This document shows positions 37,900 to 47,427 of a stretch of DNA of 64,000 bases, one piece after another. Below the pieces are notes generated by a model. The model was not told the origin of the DNA and ran no database searches. It was given only the letters and a program-made list of their open reading frames with translations. Location: positions 1 through 64,000 of IMG/VR virus record IMGVR_UViG_3300042465_009257, one strand, 5' to 3'. Positions within the stretch are counted from its first letter, which is position 1. Each line of letters opens with the position of its first letter. Position numbers and translations under genes: made by a program. This DNA comes from a virus.

Positions 37900-38288
37900 T
37901 ATTTTCCCCTTATGTCATCTTCAAACTGTTCAATTTGGCTTTGCAATTCTGCAATTTCCGTATCGCGCTCATCTAATTGAATTTGCAATTCTTCAATTTG
38001 ATCTTTCTGATCGTTTAGTTGAATTTCCAACTCTTCAATTCTATCATCCCGATCTAATAAGCCTTCAAGGCAGTCCTCAAGATTTTCGCATTTTTCATCA
38101 TACTTTTCATTCCAATATAAGTTTTTAGCTCCTACGCAGATTTGGATAAATCTCTCATCATTACTTAGTCTATAAGAGATCGATTCAATTGGTTCATCGC
38201 CATTCGCAAAATTAACATAAACTTGAGGGTCTAGGGTAAATTTATCACGCGCTAAATCAAGTTGCTCTTTAAATATTGAGTAGTTCAT
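37899..38288 (-). CDS. coiled-coil protein
   Basis: IEELEIQL heptad repeats. Confidence 0.65.
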   Translation of the reverse strand: MNYSIFKEQLDLARDKFTLDPQVYVNFANGDEPIESISYRLSNDERFIQICVGAKNLYWNEKYDEKCENLEDCLEGLLDRDDRIEELEIQLNDQKDQIEELQIQLDERDTEIAELQSQIEQFEDDIRGK

Positions 38289-38306
38289 TTTTTTATTTAT
38301 CTTATA

Positions 38307-39038
38307 TTATTCAATAACTTTTGATCCATCTTTAACTACATAATCTTTTCCAACATTTTTTAAAGTATTCCCTTTTACGTAAACTTTCGTTTTACCATCT
38401 ACATTAAGAAATGTTGGGACTCCCTCAATCATGCAATTCTCAACCCGCGCCTCCCCATGCCTCTTAGACGTACTCTCTCCAATTCTGATTGCTGTAATTC
38501 CACCTGTAATATAACAATCCCGAACAAGTAAACCAACTGCGCCATTGGCTTGCGCACTTTTATCCCCCTTTGAGTTATTGTAAAACTTACATTTAATAAT
38601 ACTTAAATTATCACTGACATCTTTTGCGTTCGAAACAAAGTCTTCAGAAGTTCCAGTAAAAATAAGATTTTCAAATGTGACATTAGACTCATAGGCTACC
38701 AGTCCTCCTGGCAAATCTTTCCCGAATCCGTTTTTAATTGTTAAATTTTTAACGCGAAGTTTAACGGGAGTATTATTTTCATCCTGTGAATTAGATGATT
38801 TTTTAAGCTTTGATCCATTTAGCTCCCCTCCTTGCAAATCAACTGTAGTGCCAGTAATTTTTACTTTATTACCAAATGCTTTAGAAATCTCATCCATGCT
38901 TCGAAAATCTGGATTTCCTGTTAATTTAATAATATGAGATGGATTTGTTTTGGGCGGCTTTGTCCCGGCTCCAGGTCCTGAACTCGCACAAGACGACAAA
39001 ACTGACGCCACAACAAATAATAGTAGTTTTTTAATCAT
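38307..39038 (-). CDS. lipoprotein with pectate-lyase-like beta-helix
   Basis: lipobox LSSC; SEDFVS, DKSAQ.NG and stacked beta-helix pattern. Confidence 0.65.
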   Translation of the reverse strand: MIKKLLLFVVASVLSSCASSGPGAGTKPPKTNPSHIIKLTGNPDFRSMDEISKAFGNKVKITGTTVDLQGGELNGSKLKKSSNSQDENNTPVKLRVKNLTIKNGFGKDLPGGLVAYESNVTFENLIFTGTSEDFVSNAKDVSDNLSIIKCKFYNNSKGDKSAQANGAVGLLVRDCYITGGITAIRIGESTSKRHGEARVENCMIEGVPTFLNVDGKTKVYVKGNTLKNVGKDYVVKDGSKVIE

Positions 39039-39423
39039 ATTCTTTAAATCCTTCTTCTGTCGAAAAGCTCAAGTCCCTAATTCCAAGGAAGTTGAAACAT
39101 AGGTGCTGACAAAATTTACATGGCCGCGAGTTCAAAAGTTCTCCATTTTTTCCTAAACGGATATTCACCATAGTCAACTTTTTCCAATTCAGGTCAGAAA
39201 TTTTATTTTTAACCTTAATAAAGCAATTAAGTTCACTACACGCTCCAGCTTCTAAAAACTTTCCGTTATAGCGATTTCTAGCATGAGTTTTAACTGAATT
39301 TTGAGCAAAACAAATCAGCTTAGAACCTTTATATAGAAAAGAGAAATGGCGACATCTTGCCCCAAAATTAGCAGGAAACGCCGCTCTGGCTATCTCTATG
39401 GCTCGTTTTTGATTTTTGGTCAC
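39031..39423 (-). CDS. cytidine deaminase-like protein
   Basis: CSE (variant of H/C-x-E) and SRPCKFC. Confidence 0.75.
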   Translation of the reverse strand: MTKNQKRAIEIARAAFPANFGARCRHFSFLYKGSKLICFAQNSVKTHARNRYNGKFLEAGACSELNCFIKVKNKISDLNWKKLTMVNIRLGKNGELLNSRPCKFCQHLCFNFLGIRDLSFSTEEGFKEYD

Positions 39424-39674
39424 GCTTAATTATAACGCGATTTTTCCAAAAGTCAAGAGTTATTCTGAATTTTCCGTCAAATATTGGTCTTTTCGATAAC
39501 AACTGGAGTATATAACTTCTCGCCGTCTTTCAAATATTTTTCTCAATAGCTTCTTGATCACACTCTCTTATACAGCTTTGAACCTCTTTTAGGAAGCTCT
39601 GTTGAGTGAATATTTCGTCAGTTTGACTGTAGATTGATTTCTTAATTTGTCAAGGAAAAATATTGAAAATAAAA

Positions 39675-39702
39675 TTTCATAATTTAAGCAATTTACTGTA
39701 AT
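39675..39702 (+). promoter_or_regulatory. class II (putative late) promoter
   Basis: TTTCA-N17-TGTAAT. Confidence 0.65.
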
Positions 39703-39711
39703 AATACTTAT

Positions 39712-39858
39712 ATGAAATTAAAAACCGAACGCTATAACTTTGCTTTTTCAAAAGAAACAAGCGACAAAATTAAAGAAATTGCAGCGAATAAAACTTGGAA
39801 GTTTGCTACCGTGATTGAAAAGGCTATTGAACTATTTTACAGTAAAGAGTTTAAATAA
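39712..39858 (+). CDS. small RHH-like protein (48 aa, not in ORF track)
   Basis: MKLKTERYNFAFSKETSDKIKEIAANKTWKFATVIEKAIELFY; aligns with 5765 and 9921 proteins. Confidence 0.7.
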   Translation: MKLKTERYNFAFSKETSDKIKEIAANKTWKFATVIEKAIELFYSKEFK

Positions 39859-39914
39859 AAACTTTTGCTCTGACTTTATAGAATGATTTAAAATTTTGAA
39901 TATATTGATAATAA

Positions 39915-40844
39915 ATGAACAACTGGCCAAATTTAACGGATTCGGATAAGAAGGAAATGATTAGACTTAAAATTGAAACCTCAATTTCTATAGATACTTT
40001 AGCCAAAACTTATAAAGTTGACGAGATGGTTCTTTCTAAATTTTTGAAAAACAACGGAGTTAAAATAAAAAGCGGAAGATTTAGCCTAGAGGAATTTGTA
40101 AATAAAGCGAGGTCTGTCCACGAGAATTTTTACGATTATTCTCGGGTAGAATATACAAAATCGAATGAAAAAATTGAAATTATTTGCCCTGAACATGGAA
40201 TTTTTAATCAACAAGCTAATAGTCATTTGCAGGGGCATGGCTGTCCTCAATGTTATCACGAGAGAGCGGGTGTTCAATTTAAACTAAATCAACAAGATTT
40301 CTTAGATAAATCAACGAAAGCTCACGGGGATAGATACGATTATTCTTTGTCGTATTATAAAACAACCTTAGAAAAGGTAACTATTATTTGCCCGTTACAC
40401 GGAACGTTTTTACAGACCCCTAAAGATCATTTCCAAGGAAAGGGGTGTGCTATTTGTGCCAACCGATATAAATCCAACGGAGAACGTAAAATTTGTACAT
40501 TATTGGAGGAAAATCAAGTAATTTTCGAATTTAATAGCAGCTTGGGTTGTCGAAATAAGGATACGGGCCGCTTACTAAGATTCGACTTTTATCTGCCCGA
40601 ATTAAATATTGCGATAGAGTACGATGGGATACAACACTTTTTGCCTGTTAAAAGATGGGGAGGAAAAGAGGGCTTAGAATCCGGCCAAAAAAGGGATAGA
40701 ATGAAAGAGGATCACTGTGAATTACTTAATATATATCTTTTAAGGATTTCGTATCAAGAGGATATTGAAAAGAGTCTAATTAATTCAGGAATTATTTCTG
40801 CTGTCCGTATTCCAAACATTCTATCCGATCTTCTAAAGTCTTAA
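39915..40844 (+). CDS. PD-(D/E)xK/Vsr-like homing endonuclease with DUF723-like zinc repeats
   Basis: two ICPxHG..F.Q....H..G.GC..C repeats; FDFYLP..IAIEYDG.QH. Confidence 0.85.
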   Translation: MNNWPNLTDSDKKEMIRLKIETSISIDTLAKTYKVDEMVLSKFLKNNGVKIKSGRFSLEEFVNKARSVHENFYDYSRVEYTKSNEKIEIICPEHGIFNQQANSHLQGHGCPQCYHERAGVQFKLNQQDFLDKSTKAHGDRYDYSLSYYKTTLEKVTIICPLHGTFLQTPKDHFQGKGCAICANRYKSNGERKICTLLEENQVIFEFNSSLGCRNKDTGRLLRFDFYLPELNIAIEYDGIQHFLPVKRWGGKEGLESGQKRDRMKEDHCELLNIYLLRISYQEDIEKSLINSGIISAVRIPNILSDLLKS

Positions 40845-40959
40845 TTTTAGCATTTAAATCATGAACTTCTATGCCTTTAACGCAAATAAAAATTGCTACA
40901 GTAGAAACAATCGAAATAATAGTAATGACATCCCAAAAATTATTTACACTTCTCATATT

Positions 40960-41184
40960 TTAATTAGTTAATTTTTCAATTTTGAAAGATCCTTGCACAG
41001 ATTTTACTGCGTTGTCAAACTTAAATTCTACCGAATCCCCTAAAACCTCATAGTCTTTGACGAAATAAGTTTTTTCTACCTGCCCGCGACTGTCATAATC
41101 AGTAATAAGATAGCCCGTTCTGCCCAAATCTGTTGTTGAGCAAGAAAAAAGAAAAAGAAATGGAATTAATTTTAAATACTGCAT
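40960..41184 (-). CDS. small lipoprotein
   Basis: LFSC lipobox. Confidence 0.6.
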   Translation of the reverse strand: MQYLKLIPFLFLFSCSTTDLGRTGYLITDYDSRGQVEKTYFVKDYEVLGDSVEFKFDNAVKSVQGSFKIEKLTN

Positions 41185-41235
41185 AATTATTTTAAATGTA
41201 TAAAGTTGAGTTGAGTTGTTTGAAATTACAAATTT

Positions 41236-41526
41236 TTATTTATTCCTTAGTTCGTCCCGTTTATCAATTATGCTGTTCCATTCTTCGACAGTGACAATTT
41301 TACCTCCTGTTATATCGCCTGATACCATATCATCAGCACATTCACATTTGCAAAAATCATCTTCTTGCTCAATTATGCCTTCTAGCGCCTTCTTGCTTTG
41401 AATCGTTCGATTACCCTCGCAGTAAGTACAACTGCCGTGATTGCGACAACTATGATCCCAGCGCTTACTTTTTCGATAAGGTTCCCGTTTCTCTTTGCCA
41501 TGTTTGATTGCTTTGTCTAAGCTCAT
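41236..41526 (-). CDS. hypothetical phage protein
   Basis: MSLDKAIKHGKEKR..CRNHGSC..C motif. Confidence 0.7.
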   Translation of the reverse strand: MSLDKAIKHGKEKREPYRKSKRWDHSCRNHGSCTYCEGNRTIQSKKALEGIIEQEDDFCKCECADDMVSGDITGGKIVTVEEWNSIIDKRDELRNK

Positions 41527-41717
41527 TTTATTCATCTTTTCCAGTTAAGCGTTTAATTGCTTCTTTTTTCCGTTGTTCTTTATCCTTCAGCCATGCTTTT
41601 TCTCGCTTTTGATATCGTATGGCAGCGTTGATCATAAATATAAAATTCCAGGTTAAGAGGCATAGAAAGAAAATCCAGAAGATATAATCGAATGACATTA
41701 GATTTTTGGTTTAGTTT

Positions 41718-41972
41718 TTATTTGATTCGATCAGGATTGCCTAGATATTCAATTCCATTTGCAATAATTCTAGCTAGATATCTCATGCATGGTTGACATA
41801 CATCCTTTGCTTCATAAGTATTATCTTGAAATTTAGCATCCTTCGTAATGTCTGCCATTGGATTCTGGCTTGAGCAGTGAGTCTTTACTGCAAAGGATCG
41901 TGGAGCATCTTCCCATCCGCGTTGAGGCATTTCTTTGTCGCAGATATCGCAAATAATAGTTACTGTTCTCAT
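41718..41972 (-). CDS. zinc-ribbon protein
   Basis: CDIC and CQPC. Confidence 0.65.
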   Translation of the reverse strand: MRTVTIICDICDKEMPQRGWEDAPRSFAVKTHCSSQNPMADITKDAKFQDNTYEAKDVCQPCMRYLARIIANGIEYLGNPDRIK

Positions 41973-42013
41973 ATTTTTATGATAAACGGTTTAGGATTTT
42001 AGGAGTAATAAAG

Positions 42014-42361
42014 TTAATTAGTTGTAATAACTTTTTTCCCACAGATTAAAACAGCAGGGGCTTTATGTACTGGCTCTCCAGACTCTTTCTCGAAAAAATA
42101 ATCAAAAAGATAGGGATTGTAACTGACTTGCGTGAGTTTTTTACAGTAATCGAAGCTTTCTGATTCAGTCCCGCAGATATAAGCATGAACGTTTTTCCTC
42201 TTTTGTTGTAATACACGTTCTCGTCCAGCTTTGGACACTCGAAAAGTAGCATTTTCCAAAGAGATAGAGTCAGCATGGCGAACCACTTTCCAAACCCCAT
42301 TGATCTTTTTCTGGACAGAGATTTTTTTCTTATGCAGGTTGAAGTAACAGCGAGTATCCAT
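42014..42361 (-). CDS. conserved hypothetical phage protein
   Basis: YFNLHK, RVSKAGRERV, KNVHA, YNPY. Confidence 0.75.
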   Translation of the reverse strand: MDTRCYFNLHKKKISVQKKINGVWKVVRHADSISLENATFRVSKAGRERVLQQKRKNVHAYICGTESESFDYCKKLTQVSYNPYLFDYFFEKESGEPVHKAPAVLICGKKVITTN

Positions 42362-42455
42362 GGGAATACTATACAGCGGAAACTGAGAAAAGCAAGAAAT
42401 TTTTTGAATTAATTATTAATGACTCTGCAAAACCTCATTCTGAAGAGTGACTGAG

Positions 42456-42647
42456 TTATTCAGACTCTACTTTGGCAATCCATTCGTCAAGAAGTTTAAG
42501 ATCTTCTTTCTCTCGATTACAGAACTCCATTTCTCTTGATTCATACCCAAGAGTTTCAATCGCGTCTTGCCAAATTTTATTTTGTTCCCAAGCGTTGTAA
42601 ACTAAACTGTCAATGAGCGCAATGATTTTGTTTGATGGTTTGTCCAT
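42456..42647 (-). CDS. hypothetical protein (paralog of 1957-2142)
   Basis: 63-aa ORF. Confidence 0.6.
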   Translation of the reverse strand: MDKPSNKIIALIDSLVYNAWEQNKIWQDAIETLGYESREMEFCNREKEDLKLLDEWIAKVESE

Positions 42648-42869
42648 TTAATTTTTAATTAAAGATCATTGTTGCGATTATGCAATAAAATATGGCTATT
42701 GTTCCCAAAATGCTAAAAAATGCAATATTAGATGATCCAGTTAGCGCAATCATTACTAATGGTATTATTAGGAGAATGGCGAATATGCCTAGAGTGAGAA
42801 TCAAAGTTCTTTTGCTTAATTGTGGCATTTTCATATTTATTCTTTTCTATTATTATATTAGAGTTCGTA

Positions 42870-43187
42870 TCAATCAAGCAATTTGACTCCGGCTGGAGGA
42901 GGAGACATTTGGTAGATCTCTTTCCAGTGAGTAGCAGCAGGACCCGCGAAGCTAATAGATCCAGCCTCACAGACTTTGGCTTCAGCTTTGTAGTGTTGCA
43001 GTGAGTAATATTCTACTTTTGAGAGTGCGAAGCCAACGTCGCTGCGGGCAGTGAAACCACTACCGCTTACGAACGACTCGACAACGAGATATGGATCATC
43101 CGGGAAATCCTCGCTGTGTAGAATCTCCACCACACGGTACACTTCATTTGAATCGGTAAAGATATCGCCAACAGATACATTGTGCAT
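42870..43187 (-). CDS. hypothetical protein
   Basis: 105-aa ORF. Confidence 0.6.
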   Translation of the reverse strand: MHNVSVGDIFTDSNEVYRVVEILHSEDFPDDPYLVVESFVSGSGFTARSDVGFALSKVEYYSLQHYKAEAKVCEAGSISFAGPAATHWKEIYQMSPPPAGVKLLD

Positions 43188-43219
43188 ACTATTATTATAT
43201 TAGAGTTCGTAATCGGTCC

Positions 43220-43465
43220 TCAGGCGAGGAAGTTGTCTTGACAAAGATCTTTTACCACAAGAGTTCTTATATACCTTTTAGGCAAGAGTTGAACCGCGCA
43301 GACTCCAAGTCCAAGCTCCTTGATTTGAAAGTGGTGAACATTTCCTCTAAAGATAATCGATTCATTCATTAACAACCACTCTTGAGCAACTTTTTTTGTT
43401 ACTCTTAGATCTTGTACATTTGAATACAGAGCTTGGATTGGGATCTCGTAATTGCTTTCTTTCAT
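43220..43465 (-). CDS. hypothetical protein
   Basis: 81-aa ORF. Confidence 0.6.
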   Translation of the reverse strand: MKESNYEIPIQALYSNVQDLRVTKKVAQEWLLMNESIIFRGNVHHFQIKELGLGVCAVQLLPKRYIRTLVVKDLCQDNFLA

Positions 43466-43477
43466 ACTATGATTATA

Positions 43478-43795
43478 TTAAAATTCTAAATCAATATTTT
43501 TAATCGCATAAGACATCTCCTCTTTTAACTCTTCAATAAGATCTTTTCTCATTTGTTTTCTATCCGCTTTGCTGATAAGTTGACCAGCAAGAAAGGCATC
43601 GTGCATAGCACTTTCTGAGTAGTATGTTTCTGGCCCCAGAATAATATGTTTGTGTCCTTGTTCTTTCATCAATCTGCCCACATAGTAGGTCATGTGGACA
43701 TCATCTTGAGTCTTCTTATATTTAGCAAGAGGATTGCCATAAGTTTTTAGCAAACGGGTTTCGAGATTTTTGATTATTTCAAGTACATCGCTCAT
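43478..43795 (-). CDS. hypothetical protein
   Basis: leaderless after TTGCGT-N16-TATATT. Confidence 0.65.
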   Translation of the reverse strand: MSDVLEIIKNLETRLLKTYGNPLAKYKKTQDDVHMTYYVGRLMKEQGHKHIILGPETYYSESAMHDAFLAGQLISKADRKQMRKDLIEELKEEMSYAIKNIDLEF

Positions 43796-43854
43796 ACTAT
43801 GAATATACCACGCTCTCAGAAAAACGCAAATTATTTTTTGCGAAAATTGATTGT

Positions 43855-43936
43855 CGTAACGGACGGGAATTGAACCCGCTACCTCTCGCGTGCGATCCTC
43901 GCTACGCCAGCGCTCTCACCGCCGAGCTACCGTTAC
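43855..43936 (-). tRNA. tRNA-like gene with extended, non-canonical anticodon arm
   Basis: acceptor GTAACGG/CCGTTAC, D arm GCTC/GAGC, T arm GCGGG-TTCAATT-CCCGT; anticodon arm 26 nt. Confidence 0.75.
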
Positions 43937-43982
43937 TACAAGCCTTTTAATGACTTACTCAGGTCACTTGCTAGAACAGCAA

Positions 43983-44606
43983 TTATTCAACTAGAGCGCA
44001 AGCTAATCCGCCCTTATTCATTAATTTTGCTAAATCTTTCATTGTCACATAACCGTTTCCGTTGATTCCAAAATCTTTACCCCAACTATTTCTTAGCCAA
44101 ATTCTATCTTTCAGTCCATCGTATCTAAATCCTAAAATCGCGTGAAATCCAATTGGATTACCATTGCATAAAATTCTCCCATCCTTCTCTGTTTTATTCA
44201 TTCTTTCGTACCAAGGTATCGTCATTACAATTGGACTAATTGTATTTAGGTAAAGAGCTACTTGATCTGCATCATTTGTCCAATAATCTTTTTTTACAAT
44301 ATTTTTACTAATTAAGTAATCTACTGCATAGTTTAATTGAGACCCTTCAACATCGTCTGGTGTTTTACCTAATTTCCTCGCCGCTTTATAAATTTCTAGA
44401 GGTTTGCATGGGTTTTGGGAAATTGGTTCTGCTGCTAAAAGGCCCCTTAAGCAATAATCAACACAAGTGCCATTAGGCCCCTGATCTGTGACTTCCCCAA
44501 GTTGATAATTCCGAAAAATTGTTTCTTTCTTTGCCCCCATTGTTAATGGGAATCCCAATTTAGAATCGGGGAGGGAAAATGGAATTGAGCCTAGTTGTTT
44601 TGACAT
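43983..44606 (-). CDS. papain-like (C1) cysteine peptidase
   Basis: DQGPNGTC, GFHAI, RNSWG..FG..G. Confidence 0.85.
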   Translation of the reverse strand: MSKQLGSIPFSLPDSKLGFPLTMGAKKETIFRNYQLGEVTDQGPNGTCVDYCLRGLLAAEPISQNPCKPLEIYKAARKLGKTPDDVEGSQLNYAVDYLISKNIVKKDYWTNDADQVALYLNTISPIVMTIPWYERMNKTEKDGRILCNGNPIGFHAILGFRYDGLKDRIWLRNSWGKDFGINGNGYVTMKDLAKLMNKGGLACALVE

Positions 44607-44607
44607 A

Positions 44608-45153
44608 TTATGGCGTAGAAATAAACTCAATCAACTCTTCTTTTGTCTCGAAAACCTGATTTGCATAAAAACGAATATTTCTTTCATCCGTTACAAAATA
44701 ATAAAAGGTTGTTTCAATTTCACCTTCTTGAGCATAAAAATTATTAATAAATTCGCATAGTTCAACTTCGGCCTGCTTTGCTTTGCCTTCCATGAGAACC
44801 CATACTTTATCACCTTTTTTAAATTTCGGTTCAAGGGTCAACCCTTCTTCCCATTTTAATGCCCGACTCAAGGCCAAATTTCGCCCAGCTTTTTTATTGT
44901 AAGCATCAACTTTTGAACAAACAGATTCTCCGCGTAATTCGTTTCCATCTGGATCGCGTAATTCAATAACTACTTTGCCTCCTCTCGGACTTGGATCTAG
45001 GAAATATGAACCATTTCCACCTTTAAGTTTTTTATCAAGATGCAGAATTAATTCTTGATTATCATTTGGGAAAAAGCGATAATGAGAGCATCGGACTTTC
45101 CACCCTTGATCGCGAAGCTCTTTAACGGTTGGCATTTTAACAATTGTTTTCAT
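44608..45153 (-). CDS. hypothetical phage protein
   Basis: GG...G.S.CS..D.YNKK.G..LA motif plus KOW-like C-terminus. Confidence 0.65.
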   Translation of the reverse strand: MKTIVKMPTVKELRDQGWKVRCSHYRFFPNDNQELILHLDKKLKGGNGSYFLDPSPRGGKVVIELRDPDGNELRGESVCSKVDAYNKKAGRNLALSRALKWEEGLTLEPKFKKGDKVWVLMEGKAKQAEVELCEFINNFYAQEGEIETTFYYFVTDERNIRFYANQVFETKEELIEFISTP

Positions 45154-45184
45154 ATATTGTATTATACTTTAAATCTTTAGTCTG

Positions 45185-45475
45185 TCAAATCATTTCTTTA
45201 ATGGGATATTCGAAAAAATTAAGAGCAAGCCAATCTGCGCCGTAGACTTCTGTTTCTGGAATCTCGTCAATTTTAATTAGGCACCAAGAACTGGCGGGTT
45301 CACAATATCTGACCGTACAAATTTGCCCTGATTTTAGGATAGCCGCATTTTTAAGACAATCCTTATGGAATGCGAATGCTGCTTGTTTAAATTTAATTTT
45401 ATCTCCTGGCGAGGGCCATTTTGGAGTCTCATTAAGATCAGAATTAGTAAGAATAGTTTTAATATTGTGATTCAT
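45185..45475 (-). CDS. hypothetical protein
   Basis: 96-aa ORF. Confidence 0.6.
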   Translation of the reverse strand: MNHNIKTILTNSDLNETPKWPSPGDKIKFKQAAFAFHKDCLKNAAILKSGQICTVRYCEPASSWCLIKIDEIPETEVYGADWLALNFFEYPIKEMI

Positions 45476-45732
45476 GCTTTAAATGTGTAGCCAATTGCCT
45501 GTTCATGCCGAAGTTCGCACGCTTTTCTAAAATTATCAAGTAGAAAATTCTCTAATACCGTTTGTTCGCTTTCGGGCACAGAGTTGACAAAGAAGTCCAT
45601 CATTGCGACTAAAAGAACGACTTGCATTCCTGGTGTAATTATTGTTCCAGTTGGCGCATCAGGAATAATTGCGATTCCAAATTTTCCAGCCGTCTTGATA
45701 CTAAGCAGATTAGAAAGTTCTGGACGCTGCAT
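45472..45732 (-). CDS. hypothetical protein
   Basis: 86-aa ORF. Confidence 0.6.
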   Translation of the reverse strand: MQRPELSNLLSIKTAGKFGIAIIPDAPTGTIITPGMQVVLLVAMMDFFVNSVPESEQTVLENFLLDNFRKACELRHEQAIGYTFKA

Positions 45733-45737
45733 TTAAT

Positions 45738-45995
45738 TTATTTTTTTTTAGATTTTAGCTGAAAATCAATTTGTAAATCACCGACCTCAGATACATATCT
45801 TGAATAATCTTTTTCAGAAATCCATTCTCCATTCTTCATCTTAGAAAAGAGCCAAAGAGGCAGAACTAAAAATATTGGATCTTCGCTTGAGCTATCATTT
45901 ACGACGATCCAGTCTTCTGGCAATTCAGAAGAATCAAATGGGAGTTTGCGAATTTCTTGCTCTTTCATTTTTCGGCGAATTGTGCGTAATTCCAC
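45738..45995 (-). CDS. hypothetical protein
   Basis: 85-aa ORF, start uncertain. Confidence 0.55.
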   Translation of the reverse strand: MELRTIRRKMKEQEIRKLPFDSSELPEDWIVVNDSSSEDPIFLVLPLWLFSKMKNGEWISEKDYSRYVSEVGDLQIDFQLKSKKK

Positions 45996-46549
45996 TCAAT
46001 TTCTTTAGTGTAGTCCCTCACGCATCCCTGCAAATCAGAATAAGACGGTAGTTGGGTGGCAATCATTGGAGAGCATACAAAAACATTATTATCGGCCATC
46101 AAATTATGGTAATGAACGTCCATTTCTCTATCAAATGGTAATTCTAGAATAGTATTATAAAATTTACAATTAACAATATAGGCATGGGCTGCATAAGCTC
46201 CAGACATTTTATGAAGGTGTAATGAATGCTTGTATGCGGGTTTCTGCAAATTAGCACCCAAGAAACACATATCCCATTCTATTTTATTTAATTCTTCCCA
46301 AGCCGCGTTTAAAATTTCTTGAGCATTATCGAAAAATACAACATCATCTTCTAGAATTAGGACATACTCCCATCCTTGCTCTTTTGCAATTTCAATACAT
46401 TTTTTCTGAGATTGGAAACAAGTTCCTGTTCCATCAATAATCCCTTCAACTAAATGACATTCAAGGTTATTTAATTTTCTGACTTCGCCATCGACATGGA
46501 CTCTCCTATCCATACGATGTGGTAAATTTATGATAAGTGTATTGAACAT
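45965..46549 (-). CDS. glycosyltransferase family 25-like
   Basis: INL.HR.DRR, CF.S, ILEDD, HAYIV, QLPSYSD. Confidence 0.8.
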   Translation of the reverse strand: MFNTLIINLPHRMDRRVHVDGEVRKLNNLECHLVEGIIDGTGTCFQSQKKCIEIAKEQGWEYVLILEDDVVFFDNAQEILNAAWEELNKIEWDMCFLGANLQKPAYKHSLHLHKMSGAYAAHAYIVNCKFYNTILELPFDREMDVHYHNLMADNNVFVCSPMIATQLPSYSDLQGCVRDYTKEIEWNYAQFAEK

Positions 46550-47427
46550 AATAGTAATTTTATTCTTTCTTTCCAAGTATGCGACCGAGCGGCAATCTGT
46601 TGAGATAATTCTGCTAAAACTTCTCTCTCTTCTTGATTATTTATGTAGTATTCAACACAATCGCACCAGTCTTTATCATCTGGTACGACAATACTACCTT
46701 TAAATAATATTTTTGCTAAAGGGTGATCACATATCTGGAAACCTCCTGCTAAAGCAATATTAAAAACACTTTGATTTAAATCCACCCGATCAGAAGGACT
46801 TCCAAGATTAGGTTTTTGATAATCAGTATGAAAATTTAAATTAATTTTAGAACGATTTCTAATTAAATTAGTTTCATTATATTGCAAGTGGAAACCCCCA
46901 TGGTTTTTATAAGACATTCCAGCAAGGTAACATTTATATTCAGGATTGTCAAGAATTGGATACAAATACTTAGCTTCCCCCCTATCCCCGTGAGCCAGCG
47001 TCCCGATGAAGGATACGTCAATGTCTTTTTCTATAAAAAGTGGGTAAAAGACTTTCTCGTTTGCCGCTAGGGGGCATCTGACCACTTTGAAACCACGGGA
47101 GACGAACTCAGCCTCCATGACTGGGGACTCAGATTGTGTCGTAAGAATATAATCTATGTAAGGTTGGTAGCTCTCTAACTCATCTCTCCATGTGTCTGCT
47201 GCATAGATCAAAATAGTATCAGGAAATCGCTCTTTGAACTTGGCAATCTCCACAGCGGGAGCAGGACCCACATAAAAAACAATATCAAATTGCGTGCTGA
47301 TGGAGCTTAAAGAGAACGCCTCAATTGGATAAAAGCTCCAGGAATGTCCAAGAGCTTCTAGCCCTACTCCGAACTCGCGAAAAATAGGAGTTGGATGGTG
47401 ATTAGTATCAAAAGTGGCGATTCTCAA
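46528..47427 (-). CDS. CgeB-like glycosyltransferase
   Basis: PLAA...F.P, DVSFIG, SKINLN, F.IA..GGFQI.D, HTW..R. Confidence 0.8.
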   Translation of the reverse strand: MRIATFDTNHHPTPIFREFGVGLEALGHSWSFYPIEAFSLSSISTQFDIVFYVGPAPAVEIAKFKERFPDTILIYAADTWRDELESYQPYIDYILTTQSESPVMEAEFVSRGFKVVRCPLAANEKVFYPLFIEKDIDVSFIGTLAHGDRGEAKYLYPILDNPEYKCYLAGMSYKNHGGFHLQYNETNLIRNRSKINLNFHTDYQKPNLGSPSDRVDLNQSVFNIALAGGFQICDHPLAKILFKGSIVVPDDKDWCDCVEYYINNQEEREVLAELSQQIAARSHTWKERIKLLLCSIHLS

